From NCBI GenBank assembly GCA_021791275.1, contig JAJYWX010000029.1:14074-78073 (forward strand): DNA of 64,000 nt, read 5' to 3'. Positions 38,951 to 50,171 of this stretch are shown here, piece by piece (position 1 is the stretch's first letter; every line of letters begins with the position of its first letter). The notes under the pieces were generated by a model. That model worked only from the letters and a program-made list of their open reading frames with translations. It did not search any database and had not been told where the DNA came from. Source of the stretch: a bacterium (GTDB lineage: Bacteria > Patescibacteriota > Dojkabacteria > JAKAPS01 > JAJZLI01). The translations under genes were made by a program, and so were the position numbers.

Positions 38951-40625
38951 AGAAACATCAAATAAAATAGCTGCTGGAGAAGTTGTAGAAAGGCCAGCTT
39001 CTGTCCTAAAAGAACTATTAGAAAATTCTATAGATTCCGGAGCTAATAATATATATGTTTATTTAGATAATTTAAATATAAGAGTGGAAGATGATGGTGT
39101 TGGAATGAATAAGGAGGATATGCTACTTTCTGTTAAAAGATTTGCAACATCAAAAATATCAAAAGTAGAAGATTTATTAGATGTAGCCACATTTGGATTC
39201 CGTGGGGAAGCACTAGCAGCCATAGCATCAGTTTCAAAATTATCAATAATATCTAAGCAGGCCAATTTAGAAGAGGGATATAAATTATATTTGGAATCTG
39301 GAAATGTAATATCTTTTGATGTATACCCTACTCTAGATGGAACCACTATTGATGTAAAAGATATATTTTTTAATACTCCAGCAAGACTGAAATTTTTAAA
39401 GAGCTATAATACTGAATACAAATATATTTTAGATGTATTTGAAAAAGCTGCTTTATCAAATGAAAATATTCATTTTAAATTTTTGAAAAATAATAAAGTA
39501 ATTTATGATCTTGAAAAGGAGAATCTATTAGATAGATTTTTAAAAATTATTCCAAAAGGTAATCTGAAATTTAATGAGATAAATTATAAATCAGAATATT
39601 TAAATTTTAAAGGATTTATTTCTTATCCGGAAAGTTCTCGAAATGATAAAGTATTTGAGTATATTTTTGTTAATAATAGACCAATATATAGTAATATTGT
39701 AAATAAGGCTATCATGGATGGGTATTCCAATTTCTTATATCCAAATAAATTTCCTGTATATATTTTATTTATAGAAACTAAAGAGGTTGATATTAATGTT
39801 CATCCAAGAAAATCAGAAGTTAGATTTAAGGATTCAAATTCAGTATTTAACATAATTAAAAGTGAAATTAATAAATCTGTATCTTCAATAAAGGAAAAAA
39901 CATTTGATTATGGGAATAAAGTCTTTTCTAATTCTGAAATAAAAAATGATTATAAAATAAAGTTTAAAAATCATAAAAATGGAAAAAATTCTTATCCTTC
40001 AAATTTTGATATATTCCAAAACCATTCTAATTTTAATCTTAATCAAAATGATGAGGGTATCGATGCAATACAATTATTTAATAGATATATTGTTACTAAA
40101 TCAAAAGATAATATTCAGATAATAGATCAACATGCAGCTTCTGAGAGAGTAATGTTTGAGAGAATCAATGAAGAGTTAATTAATAATAATTTTGAATATC
40201 AAAATTTTTTAATACCCTATACTTTAGATTTGAATAAATCAGATTTTAATTTATTAGAAGGTAATATTGATTTAATTAGGTCTTTAGGATTAGATATAGA
40301 GATTTTTGGAGATTCTTCAATAAAAATATCATCTTTACCAGTAATACTTTCAGATATAGATATTAATAAATTTCTAGAAGAAATAATATCTGATTTAAGA
40401 AATGAACAAAATCTTAAAATGGATTCTGGTTTAAAAAATAAATTAGTAGCGACAATGGCTTGTCATTCTAGTGTTAGATTTGGAGACCCGTTAGATATGA
40501 ATAAAATTAAACAAATAGTTAAAGATTTAAGAAATTGTAAAGATCCATTTTTTTGTCCTCATGGCAGACCAACTACATTTGAAATATCAGAGGATAGTAT
40601 TTTAAAAAAATTTAGAAGGAAATAA
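38931..40625 (+). CDS. mutL: DNA mismatch repair endonuclease MutL
   Basis: IAAGEVVERP, GFRGEAL, DQHAASERVMFE, ACH, CPHGRP. Confidence 0.97.
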   Translation: MIKILSEETSNKIAAGEVVERPASVLKELLENSIDSGANNIYVYLDNLNIRVEDDGVGMNKEDMLLSVKRFATSKISKVEDLLDVATFGFRGEALAAIASVSKLSIISKQANLEEGYKLYLESGNVISFDVYPTLDGTTIDVKDIFFNTPARLKFLKSYNTEYKYILDVFEKAALSNENIHFKFLKNNKVIYDLEKENLLDRFLKIIPKGNLKFNEINYKSEYLNFKGFISYPESSRNDKVFEYIFVNNRPIYSNIVNKAIMDGYSNFLYPNKFPVYILFIETKEVDINVHPRKSEVRFKDSNSVFNIIKSEINKSVSSIKEKTFDYGNKVFSNSEIKNDYKIKFKNHKNGKNSYPSNFDIFQNHSNFNLNQNDEGIDAIQLFNRYIVTKSKDNIQIIDQHAASERVMFERINEELINNNFEYQNFLIPYTLDLNKSDFNLLEGNIDLIRSLGLDIEIFGDSSIKISSLPVILSDIDINKFLEEIISDLRNEQNLKMDSGLKNKLVATMACHSSVRFGDPLDMNKIKQIVKDLRNCKDPFFCPHGRPTTFEISEDSILKKFRRK

Positions 40626-40627
40626 AT

Positions 40628-41296
40628 ATGGGAAATAATATAAAGGGATTTTTTTTCGATTTTGATAATACTATCGCAGATGATTATACATTTATAATAG
40701 ATTGTTTTATTTATACTTTTAGAAAGATGGGTATAGATTTTAAAACATCTGATATTGATAGTTTTATGGGATTAAAACAAAGAGATATTCTTTCTAAATT
40801 TATAGATAATGATAATGAAATACAGAATGCAATGAAAATTTTTGATTCTTACTTTGAATCAAATTATTTAAAAGGTGTAAGTATTTTTAAGGGTATTGAA
40901 GATTTGATTAGAACTATTAGTGTTGATTTTAAATTAGTTATTGTTTCTGGTGGACAAGGAGATAGGATAAGGAAAATATTAAAAAAATATAACCTTTATA
41001 ATAATTTTGAATATATAATCTCTAGTCAGGATGTTGTTTACCCAAAGCCAAATCCTGAAGGCTTAAATTTGGCTTTAAAATATTCAGGGTTACAATCTAA
41101 TGAGATAATATATATTGGTGATTCATCAAGTGATTATGAACTTTGTGAAAATGCAAAAGTAAAATTTATATTAGCAACCTGGGGTAGTGACATAACATTT
41201 AATAGTATATTAGATAAAGTTGATGTGAGATTTGATAAACCTGAATTATTGACTGATTATATTTATAAATATTTTTTTAAGAATTCTCCAGTATAA
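40628..41296 (+). CDS. HAD-family phosphatase (phosphoglycolate phosphatase-like)
   Basis: FDFDNT, KPNP, YIGDS..D. Confidence 0.85.
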   Translation: MGNNIKGFFFDFDNTIADDYTFIIDCFIYTFRKMGIDFKTSDIDSFMGLKQRDILSKFIDNDNEIQNAMKIFDSYFESNYLKGVSIFKGIEDLIRTISVDFKLVIVSGGQGDRIRKILKKYNLYNNFEYIISSQDVVYPKPNPEGLNLALKYSGLQSNEIIYIGDSSSDYELCENAKVKFILATWGSDITFNSILDKVDVRFDKPELLTDYIYKYFFKNSPV

Positions 41297-44094
41297 CTTT
41301 TTTTATCTTTTATTATGTCCTTGACTGTTCCTTGGAATATAATTTCTCCACCCTCATCTCCCCCCTCTTTTCCTAAGTCAATTATCCAATCAGCAGTTTT
41401 TATTACATCCATATTATGTTCTATTATTATTACAGTATTTTTTTGTTCCACTAGACTATTTAATACTTTTAATAATTTTTTTATATCATCAAAATGAAGT
41501 CCAGTAGTTGGTTCATCTAATATGTATAAAGTTTTTCCTGTGGATTTCCTGGATAGTTCAGCTGCTAATTTTATTCTTTGGGATTCTCCTCCTGATAAAG
41601 TTGTTGCACTTTGTCCCAATTTTATATATCCCAATCCTACACTCTCTAGGGTCTCTAATTTATTTTTAATTTTTGATATATTAGAAAAAAATATTTTTGC
41701 TTCAGATATATTCATATTTAAAACTTCTGATATATTTTTATCTTTATATCTTATTGCTAATGCCTCATTATTATAACGTTTTCCTTGGCATTCATTACAT
41801 TCTATGTATACATCTGGTAAAAATTGCATTTCTATTTTTATTATTCCATCTCCTTTACAATTTTCACATCTACCTCCTTTAACATTAAAACTAAATCTTC
41901 CAGAATTATATCCTTTCATTTTTGCTTCTCTAGTCGATGCAAATAATTCTCTTATATAAGTGAATGTCCCGGTATAAGTTGCCGGATTTGATCTAGGAGT
42001 TTTTCCTATAGGGGATTGATCTATATCTATTATTTTGTTTATATTTTCAATCCCATTTATATAATCACACTGACCTACAATCTTTTTAGTGTTATAGATT
42101 TCATTTGATATATATGGATACAGTATGTCATTTATAAGGGTACTTTTTCCTGAACCAGATACACCAGTAATTATTGTTAAAACTTCTAGGGGTATTTTTA
42201 CTGTAATATTTTTTAAATTATGTTCATGTGCATTCACTATTTCTATATATTTATTAGATGTTCTTATTTTTTTAGGTTTTTCTATCTTTTCTTTTTTAGA
42301 TAGATATAGTCCCGTTATAGAATTTGAATCATTTTTTATGTCAATATATTTTCCTTGAGAAATTATATTACCTCCGTACTCTCCAGCACCTTTTCCTATA
42401 TCAATTATCCAGTCAGAATTAATCATGGTTTCTTCATCATGCTCAACAACAATAACTGTATTACCCAAATCTCTTAACTCTTTTAATGTATTTATGAGTT
42501 TTAAATTATCTCTTTGATGTAAACCTATTGAAGGTTCATCTAAAACATAAAGTATTCCTGATAGCCTCGATCCTATTTGAGAGGCCAATCTAATCCTTTG
42601 TGCCTCTCCTCCAGCCAAACTTTTTGAAGATCTATCTAATGATAAATACCAAACTCCAACAGAATCCAAGAATTTTACTCTATTCTCTATTTCTTGAAAT
42701 ATTTGTTTTGATATTATCTTATCGTTTTCATTTATTTCATTTTTAATTTTCTCTATCCATTTTAAGAATTCTCTAATACTTATTTTAGATATTTGATCAA
42801 TTGATTTGTTATCTATTTTTATCGATCTTGCTATTTTATTTAGTTTAGTACCTTCGCAGACTTCACAAACTAATTCTTGCATATATTCAGATAGTTCTCT
42901 TTTCGTACTGTCTGAACCTTTTTGGTATTTTTCTAATAGATAAGGAATTATACCTTCAAATGTAACAGTATATGTTCTAGTACTTCTCATTCTAGGTTTA
43001 TATTGTATTTTATAAGTTTCGCTACCTGTTCCAAACATTAATATTTTTATTTGCTCTGGAGTATATTCACTAAATTTTATATTAATAGGAATATTTTTTG
43101 AATTTGATACTGCCTCTATTATTTTTATAATCCAAGATGTTTTATAATGAGTTATTTCATTTGACAATGGGTAGACAGCTCCTTCCATAAATGTTAGTGA
43201 TTTATTATACAATGAACTTTCATCCATTGTTTGTATTATTCCTAAGCCTGTACAATTTGGGCATGCTCCGTATGGTGAGTTAAAAGAAAAACTATTTGGT
43301 TGTATCTCTGGTATAGATGTATGGCAATTTAAACATGATAAATTCTCAGAAAAAAGTATATCCTTTTTTTCATCTTCAATATAAATGATTACTTCTCCTT
43401 GAGAAAGAGAGGCTGCTTTCTCTATTGATTCATACAATCTTGTTTTTGCTTCTTTATCATCGGCTATGAGTAATCGATCTATGAGTATTTCAATATTATG
43501 TATTTTATATCTGGATAAACTGATTTCGTTATCAAGTGAATATATTTCTCCATCCACTCTAACTCTTGTATATCCTTTTGAAGTTAGGTTTTGAAATAGT
43601 TCTGAATACTCTCCTTTTTTATTTCTTATTATTGGGGAAAGTACAAAAATTCTTTTATCTTTTAGTGATATCACTTCTTGTGATATTTGCTCAATTGTTT
43701 GACTTTGGATTTTATTCCCGCAATTAGGACAGTATGGCACACCTATTTTTGCATAAAGTAACCTTAAATAGTCATAAATCTCTGTAGTGGTTCCTACAGT
43801 AGATCGAGGATTTCGGATTGCAGTTTTTTGATCAATTGATATTGCAGGAGAAAGTCCATCAATGTAATCAATTTCAGGCTTTTTCATTATACCTAAAAAT
43901 TGTCTCGCATAAGAAGAAAGTGATTCTACATATCTCCTTTGGCCTTCTGCATATATTGTATCAAATGCAAGTGATGATTTTCCTGATCCGGAAACTCCAG
44001 TTATAACAACTAATTTATTTTTTGGTATTTCAAGATTAACATTTTTTAAATTATTCTCTCTCGCACCCTTTATAATAATTTTATTATTTTTCAT
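41263..44094 (-). CDS. uvrA: Excinuclease ABC subunit A
   Basis: Two GVSGSGKS Walker A motifs, zinc fingers, LSGGE, LDEP. Confidence 0.97.
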   Translation of the reverse strand: MKNNKIIIKGARENNLKNVNLEIPKNKLVVITGVSGSGKSSLAFDTIYAEGQRRYVESLSSYARQFLGIMKKPEIDYIDGLSPAISIDQKTAIRNPRSTVGTTTEIYDYLRLLYAKIGVPYCPNCGNKIQSQTIEQISQEVISLKDKRIFVLSPIIRNKKGEYSELFQNLTSKGYTRVRVDGEIYSLDNEISLSRYKIHNIEILIDRLLIADDKEAKTRLYESIEKAASLSQGEVIIYIEDEKKDILFSENLSCLNCHTSIPEIQPNSFSFNSPYGACPNCTGLGIIQTMDESSLYNKSLTFMEGAVYPLSNEITHYKTSWIIKIIEAVSNSKNIPINIKFSEYTPEQIKILMFGTGSETYKIQYKPRMRSTRTYTVTFEGIIPYLLEKYQKGSDSTKRELSEYMQELVCEVCEGTKLNKIARSIKIDNKSIDQISKISIREFLKWIEKIKNEINENDKIISKQIFQEIENRVKFLDSVGVWYLSLDRSSKSLAGGEAQRIRLASQIGSRLSGILYVLDEPSIGLHQRDNLKLINTLKELRDLGNTVIVVEHDEETMINSDWIIDIGKGAGEYGGNIISQGKYIDIKNDSNSITGLYLSKKEKIEKPKKIRTSNKYIEIVNAHEHNLKNITVKIPLEVLTIITGVSGSGKSTLINDILYPYISNEIYNTKKIVGQCDYINGIENINKIIDIDQSPIGKTPRSNPATYTGTFTYIRELFASTREAKMKGYNSGRFSFNVKGGRCENCKGDGIIKIEMQFLPDVYIECNECQGKRYNNEALAIRYKDKNISEVLNMNISEAKIFFSNISKIKNKLETLESVGLGYIKLGQSATTLSGGESQRIKLAAELSRKSTGKTLYILDEPTTGLHFDDIKKLLKVLNSLVEQKNTVIIIEHNMDVIKTADWIIDLGKEGGDEGGEIIFQGTVKDIIKDKKSYTGEFLKKYL

Positions 44095-44126
44095 ATTTAA
44101 GTTTAATATTTTACCATAAACTTAAA

Positions 44127-45296
44127 CTATTTTTCTAACCAATACATCTTGGAGGTGCTATCTATTTCACTGTTTGTAGTTATGTATGTTAAATTCCCAA
44201 ATTTTAATTTGCCTTTTTTATTTTGAATACTTTTGGCAGCTATATCAAATGAATTTCCGTTCAATTTTATAAATGCAATATTTTTTCCATTTGGACTCCA
44301 CGTTGGTTGAGCATTTATACCATTTGATATCAATTGTAGTGTATTTTTATAATTACTAAAGCTACTTTGTTCTGTATTGTTTAAAATTGAGTTTAAATCA
44401 AATTTCATTACATACAGATAATTACTATTGTTACCTTTCCTTTCAGTAAAAGCTAAATACTTTTCATTTGGAGATAATCTTGGTTCCATAGCTTCAGATG
44501 TTACAGGTGTTACAGGATAAGATTGATTTGTATTAAAATCATATAGCATTATTTGTGAATCTGGCTGTGCAATTCCTGTGTAGTATATGTAATATGTATA
44601 TAGAAGGAAATTATTGTTAGGCCAAGTTACATCAGCATCTCCTCCGGTATATCTTGTTGGAATTGTTAATTCAGTTTCATTATATATTTGTGATGAGTAA
44701 CTTGGAAAAGTTGTTCCATTTTTAAACATCCAAACTCCTAATCCTGCACGAGGTATTCCTGTAATTAATTTACGTATATTTGTATCATAAGCTATATAAT
44801 TTCCATTAGGTTCATATGCTGGGGTTGCAGACCATGCTTCATTTTGAATGTACTGACTTTGCCAATCAGTTAATTGAGTATTATTTGTTCCATTTATATT
44901 CATTTGTCTTAAGTCTGAATAGTTTGTATGGAAACTTACATAAGTAACTTGTTTTCCATTTTTTGAGATCCCTATATCAGAGACGTTGTTTGTATTCGTA
45001 ACCTTGTGAGTTGTATTCCCTGTGATGTACCACATATTATTATTTTTTACAAAATATAACCTGCCATTTAGATTGTATTGATTAGACAATGTTACGTTTT
45101 TTGATATGCTAAAACCTATATTTTTAGGATTTAGTATACTTTCAATTATCGTTCCATATTTAAGAAGTATATAAGCTATAAAAACTATTAATATAAGGAA
45201 TACTCCATAACCAAGGATTTTTTTCCCTTTTTTAGTATTTTTATTACTCATATTTTTAATATTGTTTCTATTATTGAAGTCCATATTAGTTTCCAT
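44127..45296 (-). CDS. Membrane-anchored TolB-like (PD40) beta-propeller protein
   Basis: TM helix then repeats PAYEPNG, PRLSPNE, PTWSPNGKNIAF. Confidence 0.78.
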   Translation of the reverse strand: METNMDFNNRNNIKNMSNKNTKKGKKILGYGVFLILIVFIAYILLKYGTIIESILNPKNIGFSISKNVTLSNQYNLNGRLYFVKNNNMWYITGNTTHKVTNTNNVSDIGISKNGKQVTYVSFHTNYSDLRQMNINGTNNTQLTDWQSQYIQNEAWSATPAYEPNGNYIAYDTNIRKLITGIPRAGLGVWMFKNGTTFPSYSSQIYNETELTIPTRYTGGDADVTWPNNNFLLYTYYIYYTGIAQPDSQIMLYDFNTNQSYPVTPVTSEAMEPRLSPNEKYLAFTERKGNNSNYLYVMKFDLNSILNNTEQSSFSNYKNTLQLISNGINAQPTWSPNGKNIAFIKLNGNSFDIAAKSIQNKKGKLKFGNLTYITTNSEIDSTSKMYWLEK

Positions 45297-46320
45297 ATAA
45301 TTTCAAGAATAATGAATTTATTTTTTGCCAATTTGGAAACACCACACTTTGAATTGGATACCCTGCATTTCCTATTGATGAATAGTCAGGAGGTGATAAT
45401 ATTATGGACTGAATTTTTGTATTTTTTAATGCAAGTGCTATTTTAGCAAGGCTTAATACTTCTGGTATTGTCATGTCTGTTCTTACAATTGAACTAAGAT
45501 TATTGAAAAGGGATGGTATTTCTGAAATTGTTGAAGGATTGTCCAACTTATCTTTTAATATTCTTAAAACTTGTTGCTGTCTTTTTGATCTTCCAAAATC
45601 TCCCATTAAATCTCCATGTCTAGAGCGTACATATTCTAATGCTCTACTTCCAGTCATATATTGAGGAGCACCTGATATATAAAGGTTAATTGAAGAGTAA
45701 AGTAAGTTTGGATTTCCAGTAAGGTCATTGGGGTAACTCCAATCTAATACTGGGTGAGTTGGAACAACATTTACTCCTCCAAAAGTATCTATCAATTTTA
45801 TAAATCCTTTAAGTCCTATCCAAGCGTAATAGTCTATTTTGATTCCGAAGTATTGTTCAACTAATTGTCTGGTTAATGCTATTCCACCAATTTCTGATGC
45901 TGTGTCAAATTTTGAATATCCCCCATTTTGAGTATATCCCGGAATTTTTATCCAGAAATCTCTAGGTATAGATATCATATATATCTTTTTTTGATATGGG
46001 TTTACACTTACTATCATTATAGTTTGAGTCAATATTGAATTGGGATTAAATTTTTGATCAGTATCTGATCCAAGTAGAAGTATATTTATAAATTTATTTG
46101 AGTTGTCGTATTTATAATGTATTGTTTGTTCTACTTTTGTCCTTTGAATTTTATTTCCAGTTATTTTAAATAAATCGTATGTAACTGACAAATATCCTGA
46201 TTTTATGTATAGAAATATTATTACAGCTACAAATATTAATAATGTTAAAAGAAAAATTTTCCATTTTTTCCTGGGCTTATTTTTTTTCTGCAGTTTACTT
46301 TTATCTATGTCTATAACCAT
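45286..46320 (-). CDS. LytR-CpsA-Psr (LCP) family protein
   Basis: NILLLGSD, SIPRD, ALEYVRSRH, DFGRSKRQQ. Confidence 0.92.
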   Translation of the reverse strand: MVIDIDKSKLQKKNKPRKKWKIFLLTLLIFVAVIIFLYIKSGYLSVTYDLFKITGNKIQRTKVEQTIHYKYDNSNKFINILLLGSDTDQKFNPNSILTQTIMIVSVNPYQKKIYMISIPRDFWIKIPGYTQNGGYSKFDTASEIGGIALTRQLVEQYFGIKIDYYAWIGLKGFIKLIDTFGGVNVVPTHPVLDWSYPNDLTGNPNLLYSSINLYISGAPQYMTGSRALEYVRSRHGDLMGDFGRSKRQQQVLRILKDKLDNPSTISEIPSLFNNLSSIVRTDMTIPEVLSLAKIALALKNTKIQSIILSPPDYSSIGNAGYPIQSVVFPNWQKINSLFLKLYGN

Positions 46321-46355
46321 TTTAGTGTTTATATTATTAATTTATGAAAGGAATC

Positions 46356-48344
46356 TTAAAAGATTAATTTTAACTCTTCAATTTGATCTCTCAATTTTGA
46401 AGCTTTCTCGAATTCTAAATTTTTTGAATATATATTCATTTGTTTTGTTAGATTTTTTATTAATTCCTTTTTATCAGAAATATCGGTAATATTCAATTCT
46501 TCATCCTTATTTTTTCTTTCCAATTGTTTCTTTATGTCTTTTTTTATTCCAATAGGTTGTTTTTTATATTTCTTATTATAACTTATTTGTATTTCTCTTC
46601 TCCTGTTTGTTTCTTTGATAGCTTCTTCCATTGATTTTGTTATTTTATCTGCATACATTATTACCTTTCCATTTTTGTGCCTTGCTGCTCTACCCATTAT
46701 TTGTATTAATGATTGTTTTGATCTTAAAAATCCTTCTTTATCTGCATCAAGTATTATTATTAAGGATACTTCTGGAAGATCGAGTCCTTCTCTTAGAAGG
46801 TTTATGCCCACAATTACATCAAAATTACCCAATCTTAGATTTTCTAGTACTTCAGTTCTCTCTATAGTCTCTATATCACTGTGTAAGTATTGAGTCTTAA
46901 AATTATTTTCTAACATATATTTATTTAATTCTTCAGACATTTTTTTTGTAAGAGTTATTATTATGACTCTTTCATCTTTCTCAATCCTTTTTTTTACTTC
47001 AATTTTGATATCTTCTATTTGCCCTTCTGTTTTTCTTATCTCTATTTCTGGGTCAATTAAATTTGTCGGTCTGATAATTTGTTCTACTATTCCATCTCTA
47101 GGATAGTTCTTTAATTTCTCAGTACTTTGCTTAGAAAGATTAATCTCATACTCATTAGGTGTAGCAGAAACATATATAACTTGATTTATTTTTTCTCTGA
47201 ACTCATCATATTTAAGAGGCCTGTTATCTAATGCTGATGGAAGTCTAAATCCATAATCGATTAAAGTTTTTTTTCTTTGAAAGTCTCCTCTATACATACC
47301 TCTTATTTGAGGTATTGTCATATGGCTTTCATCTATAATTAGAAGATAATCTTTTGGAAAAAAATCTATTAATGTAAAGGGAGCAGATCCTGCCTTTCTT
47401 CCCTCTATCAATCTTGAATAGTTCTCTATCCCTTGGCAGTATCCCATTTCTTGTATCATTTCTATATCAAACTTTACTCTTTGTTCAAGCCTTTTTTCTT
47501 CAACTACCATTCCTCTTTTTCTAAAATATTCTAACCTTTCTTTTAATTCTTCTTCTATTTTATTTATTGCTAAATTCAACTTATTTTGTTCTACTATATA
47601 GTGCTTTGCAGGATATATTATTATTTCATTGGTTTCTGATTTCTGAGTTTTTGTTAATGCATTTACGATTTTAATTTTGTCTATTTGGTCTCCAAATAAT
47701 TCTATTCTTACAACATTATCTTCATATTGTGTAAAGATATCTATTGTGTCTCCTTTCACGCTAAATGTACCTCTTTTATAATCAAAATCATTTCTCTCAT
47801 ATTGAATATTTAAAAGTGAATTCATTAAATCTGATCTTTTTATATATTCTCCTTTTGAAATTTTTACAGATAGTTCTTCATATTCAGAAGGATCTCCAAG
47901 TCCATATATACAAGATACAGAGGCTACTATTATTACATCCCTAGAGCTCATTAAGTATTGAGTGGCTTTATTTCTGTATTGTTCGATTTCTTCGTTTATC
48001 TGAGTTTCTTTTTCTATATATAAATCTTTTGTAGGTATATATGCTTCTGGTTGGTAATAGTCATAATAGGAGACAAAGTATGCTACTTTGTTATTGGGGA
48101 AAAAAGATCTAAATTCAGATGCTAATTGAGCTGCCAATGTTTTATTATGTGCAATTACGAGTGTTGGTTTCTGTACATTTTGTATTATGTTAGACATCAC
48201 AAATGTTTTTCCACTTCCTGTTACACCCATTAGAGTTTGATCCTTTACATTAGATTCAATTCCGTAAGTCAGGGTTTTTATGGCATTTGGTTGATCTCCT
48301 TGAGGTTTGAAAGGAGCCTCTAATTTAAATACATCTTTTTTCAT
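46356..48344 (-). CDS. uvrB: Excinuclease ABC subunit B
   Basis: GVTGSGKT, YYDYYQPEAY, DESH, NLLREGLD, C-terminal UVR domain. Confidence 0.97.
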   Translation of the reverse strand: MKKDVFKLEAPFKPQGDQPNAIKTLTYGIESNVKDQTLMGVTGSGKTFVMSNIIQNVQKPTLVIAHNKTLAAQLASEFRSFFPNNKVAYFVSYYDYYQPEAYIPTKDLYIEKETQINEEIEQYRNKATQYLMSSRDVIIVASVSCIYGLGDPSEYEELSVKISKGEYIKRSDLMNSLLNIQYERNDFDYKRGTFSVKGDTIDIFTQYEDNVVRIELFGDQIDKIKIVNALTKTQKSETNEIIIYPAKHYIVEQNKLNLAINKIEEELKERLEYFRKRGMVVEEKRLEQRVKFDIEMIQEMGYCQGIENYSRLIEGRKAGSAPFTLIDFFPKDYLLIIDESHMTIPQIRGMYRGDFQRKKTLIDYGFRLPSALDNRPLKYDEFREKINQVIYVSATPNEYEINLSKQSTEKLKNYPRDGIVEQIIRPTNLIDPEIEIRKTEGQIEDIKIEVKKRIEKDERVIIITLTKKMSEELNKYMLENNFKTQYLHSDIETIERTEVLENLRLGNFDVIVGINLLREGLDLPEVSLIIILDADKEGFLRSKQSLIQIMGRAARHKNGKVIMYADKITKSMEEAIKETNRRREIQISYNKKYKKQPIGIKKDIKKQLERKNKDEELNITDISDKKELIKNLTKQMNIYSKNLEFEKASKLRDQIEELKLIF

Positions 48345-48380
48345 ATATTATATTTTAACATAAAATAGAGTTTTCTTAAT

Positions 48381-48409
48381 TTGACATATGCCTTTTATTT
48401 ATATATCAT
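48381..48409 (+). promoter_or_regulatory. sigma70 promoter of the 48440 gene
   Basis: TTGACA-17 bp-TATCAT. Confidence 0.65.
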
Positions 48410-48439
48410 TATACTAATTATTTACCAATCTATAACTTT

Positions 48440-49477
48440 ATGGCAAAACTAAAAGATCAAAATCAAGATTCAAATAATGTTAAAAAAAGTACTACATTTA
48501 AGGATTTATATAATCAATCATCATTCTCAGATCCATCTAGAAGACCTAAGGTTATAGTTTCACTTATTGTATTAGTTTTATTTGTAATATTTGTAGGGCT
48601 ACTCTTTTCAATGTATAATTTCGGAGTATGGTATCCTGGTTTTTCTCCATTGATAGATAAAATCCCTGTCCTTAAGAATTTGGATAGGTCACCTGAAAAT
48701 GTTCTTCCTAAGACTATAGCCGCAGACAATGGAATTCATTCATATACATATCAAGTTAACTATGCAATAGATGTTAAAGGTTCAAGTAGTGGTAATGAGG
48801 CACAACAATTTAATGGATCTACAGATTTTAATAATTCTAGTAATATAAAATCCAATTCAAAATTTAGTGAGAAATTTTCATCTAATAATTCTTCTCAAAA
48901 ATCTTCATTAGTTATTAGTGGTAAATTTTTGCAAGCAAATAAAAAGTTTTTTGTGAACTTTTCTCAATTTCCATCAATACTATCTTCTGGTATAAAAACT
49001 AATACTTGGATATTATTAGGTCAAAACGATTTTCCTTTCTTACAAAAATTGGAATCTCAAAATAATTTTAATTACAATTCTCTAACTGTTTATACAAAAG
49101 GAAATTCTGTTGTTAATGGAACAGTAGTAACTCTTTATACAGTTGTCGTACCTAAATCAGATTATTCAAAACTAGGCTTTTTATCATTACCATTTTCTTT
49201 AGTAAAGAGTGTTTTTCCTAAATTTAATATTTCTGGAAACAATATAGATTTAAATATATGGGTAGGATTAGCTGATGATAGAATCTATCAAGAATCTACT
49301 AAGTTTAATGTTACAGCCCAGGGTTCTTCAGCTAGTGTTTACTTCTCATCATCAGTAACTAGCTTTAACTCTTCTGTAAATGTTGTTACTCCAACAACAT
49401 ACACTAACATTAATGGAAAGACAGTAACTAGTAAGTCTAATACTAAATCTAGTAATAAAACTAGTAGTAAAAAATAA
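48440..49477 (+). CDS. Membrane-anchored beta-rich protein, possibly LolA/LppX-like fold
   Basis: TM helix; C-terminal IWVGLADDRIYQ...TSFNSSVNVVTP pattern. Confidence 0.5.
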   Translation: MAKLKDQNQDSNNVKKSTTFKDLYNQSSFSDPSRRPKVIVSLIVLVLFVIFVGLLFSMYNFGVWYPGFSPLIDKIPVLKNLDRSPENVLPKTIAADNGIHSYTYQVNYAIDVKGSSSGNEAQQFNGSTDFNNSSNIKSNSKFSEKFSSNNSSQKSSLVISGKFLQANKKFFVNFSQFPSILSSGIKTNTWILLGQNDFPFLQKLESQNNFNYNSLTVYTKGNSVVNGTVVTLYTVVVPKSDYSKLGFLSLPFSLVKSVFPKFNISGNNIDLNIWVGLADDRIYQESTKFNVTAQGSSASVYFSSSVTSFNSSVNVVTPTTYTNINGKTVTSKSNTKSSNKTSSKK

Positions 49478-49479
49478 AA

Positions 49480-50007
49480 ATGAAAAAAAAAGATACAATA
49501 TTTTATGTAATAGTAATATTATATTTTTTTCTTGTAGTATTCTTTTTCCTTTATTTTTTCAAATCGTCAGAACCTAAAATTGTTAAAGTTTACAATGTTC
49601 AAACCCCTATAACTTCATCTCAGAATATTTATGCTATATCATTAAATGAACAGATAAGGCAAAATCTAAATTCTATAAAAAATGCATTCTTTAAATATCC
49701 TGGATATAAAAAGTTAAATATATCTAGTGTTTCAAATTTTGCTATTGTTAGAAAGAATAATGTTTCTGGTTCTGCTCCATTTTGTAGCCAAATATTTTAT
49801 CAGTCAAAAACTAAATGTACCTCTTTATCTGATTATTATAGTTTAATATCTCCATATATAAATAAATTAAATGTTGATTTTTCTTCGCCTCATAATATAA
49901 ATAATTACTATATATTTAAATATCAGGGGAATTATTACTTTATGGACACAAATTATCAAAAGACCATATATAATAATGGATTCCCATTCTATTTTATCCA
50001 AGGTTGA
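49480..50007 (+). CDS. Membrane-anchored hypothetical protein
   Basis: N-terminal TM, one Cys pair. Confidence 0.65.
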   Translation: MKKKDTIFYVIVILYFFLVVFFFLYFFKSSEPKIVKVYNVQTPITSSQNIYAISLNEQIRQNLNSIKNAFFKYPGYKKLNISSVSNFAIVRKNNVSGSAPFCSQIFYQSKTKCTSLSDYYSLISPYINKLNVDFSSPHNINNYYIFKYQGNYYFMDTNYQKTIYNNGFPFYFIQG

Positions 50008-50046
50008 ATTAATCTGTAGTTTTATGCAATAATTCGTTATTCATAC

Positions 50047-50120
50047 GGTTGTGTGGTGTAGTGGTCTAACATGTCTCCCTGTCACGGAGAAGATCGACGG
50101 TTCGAATCCGTTCACAACCG
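50047..50120 (+). tRNA. tRNA-Asp(GTC)
   Basis: GGTTGTG/CACAACC acceptor; TCTCC-CTGTCAC-GGAGA anticodon arm. Confidence 0.94.
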
Positions 50121-50171
50121 ATTCTATATATCACAAATGTACTTTAAATCTCATTCTGATATAATTAAATT

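Noticed and set aside
44095-48439. LexA/SOS boxes upstream of uvrA and uvrB
   Set aside because: No CTGT-N8-ACAG or GAAC-N4-GTTC seen in the intergenic stretches; a lineage-specific motif cannot be excluded
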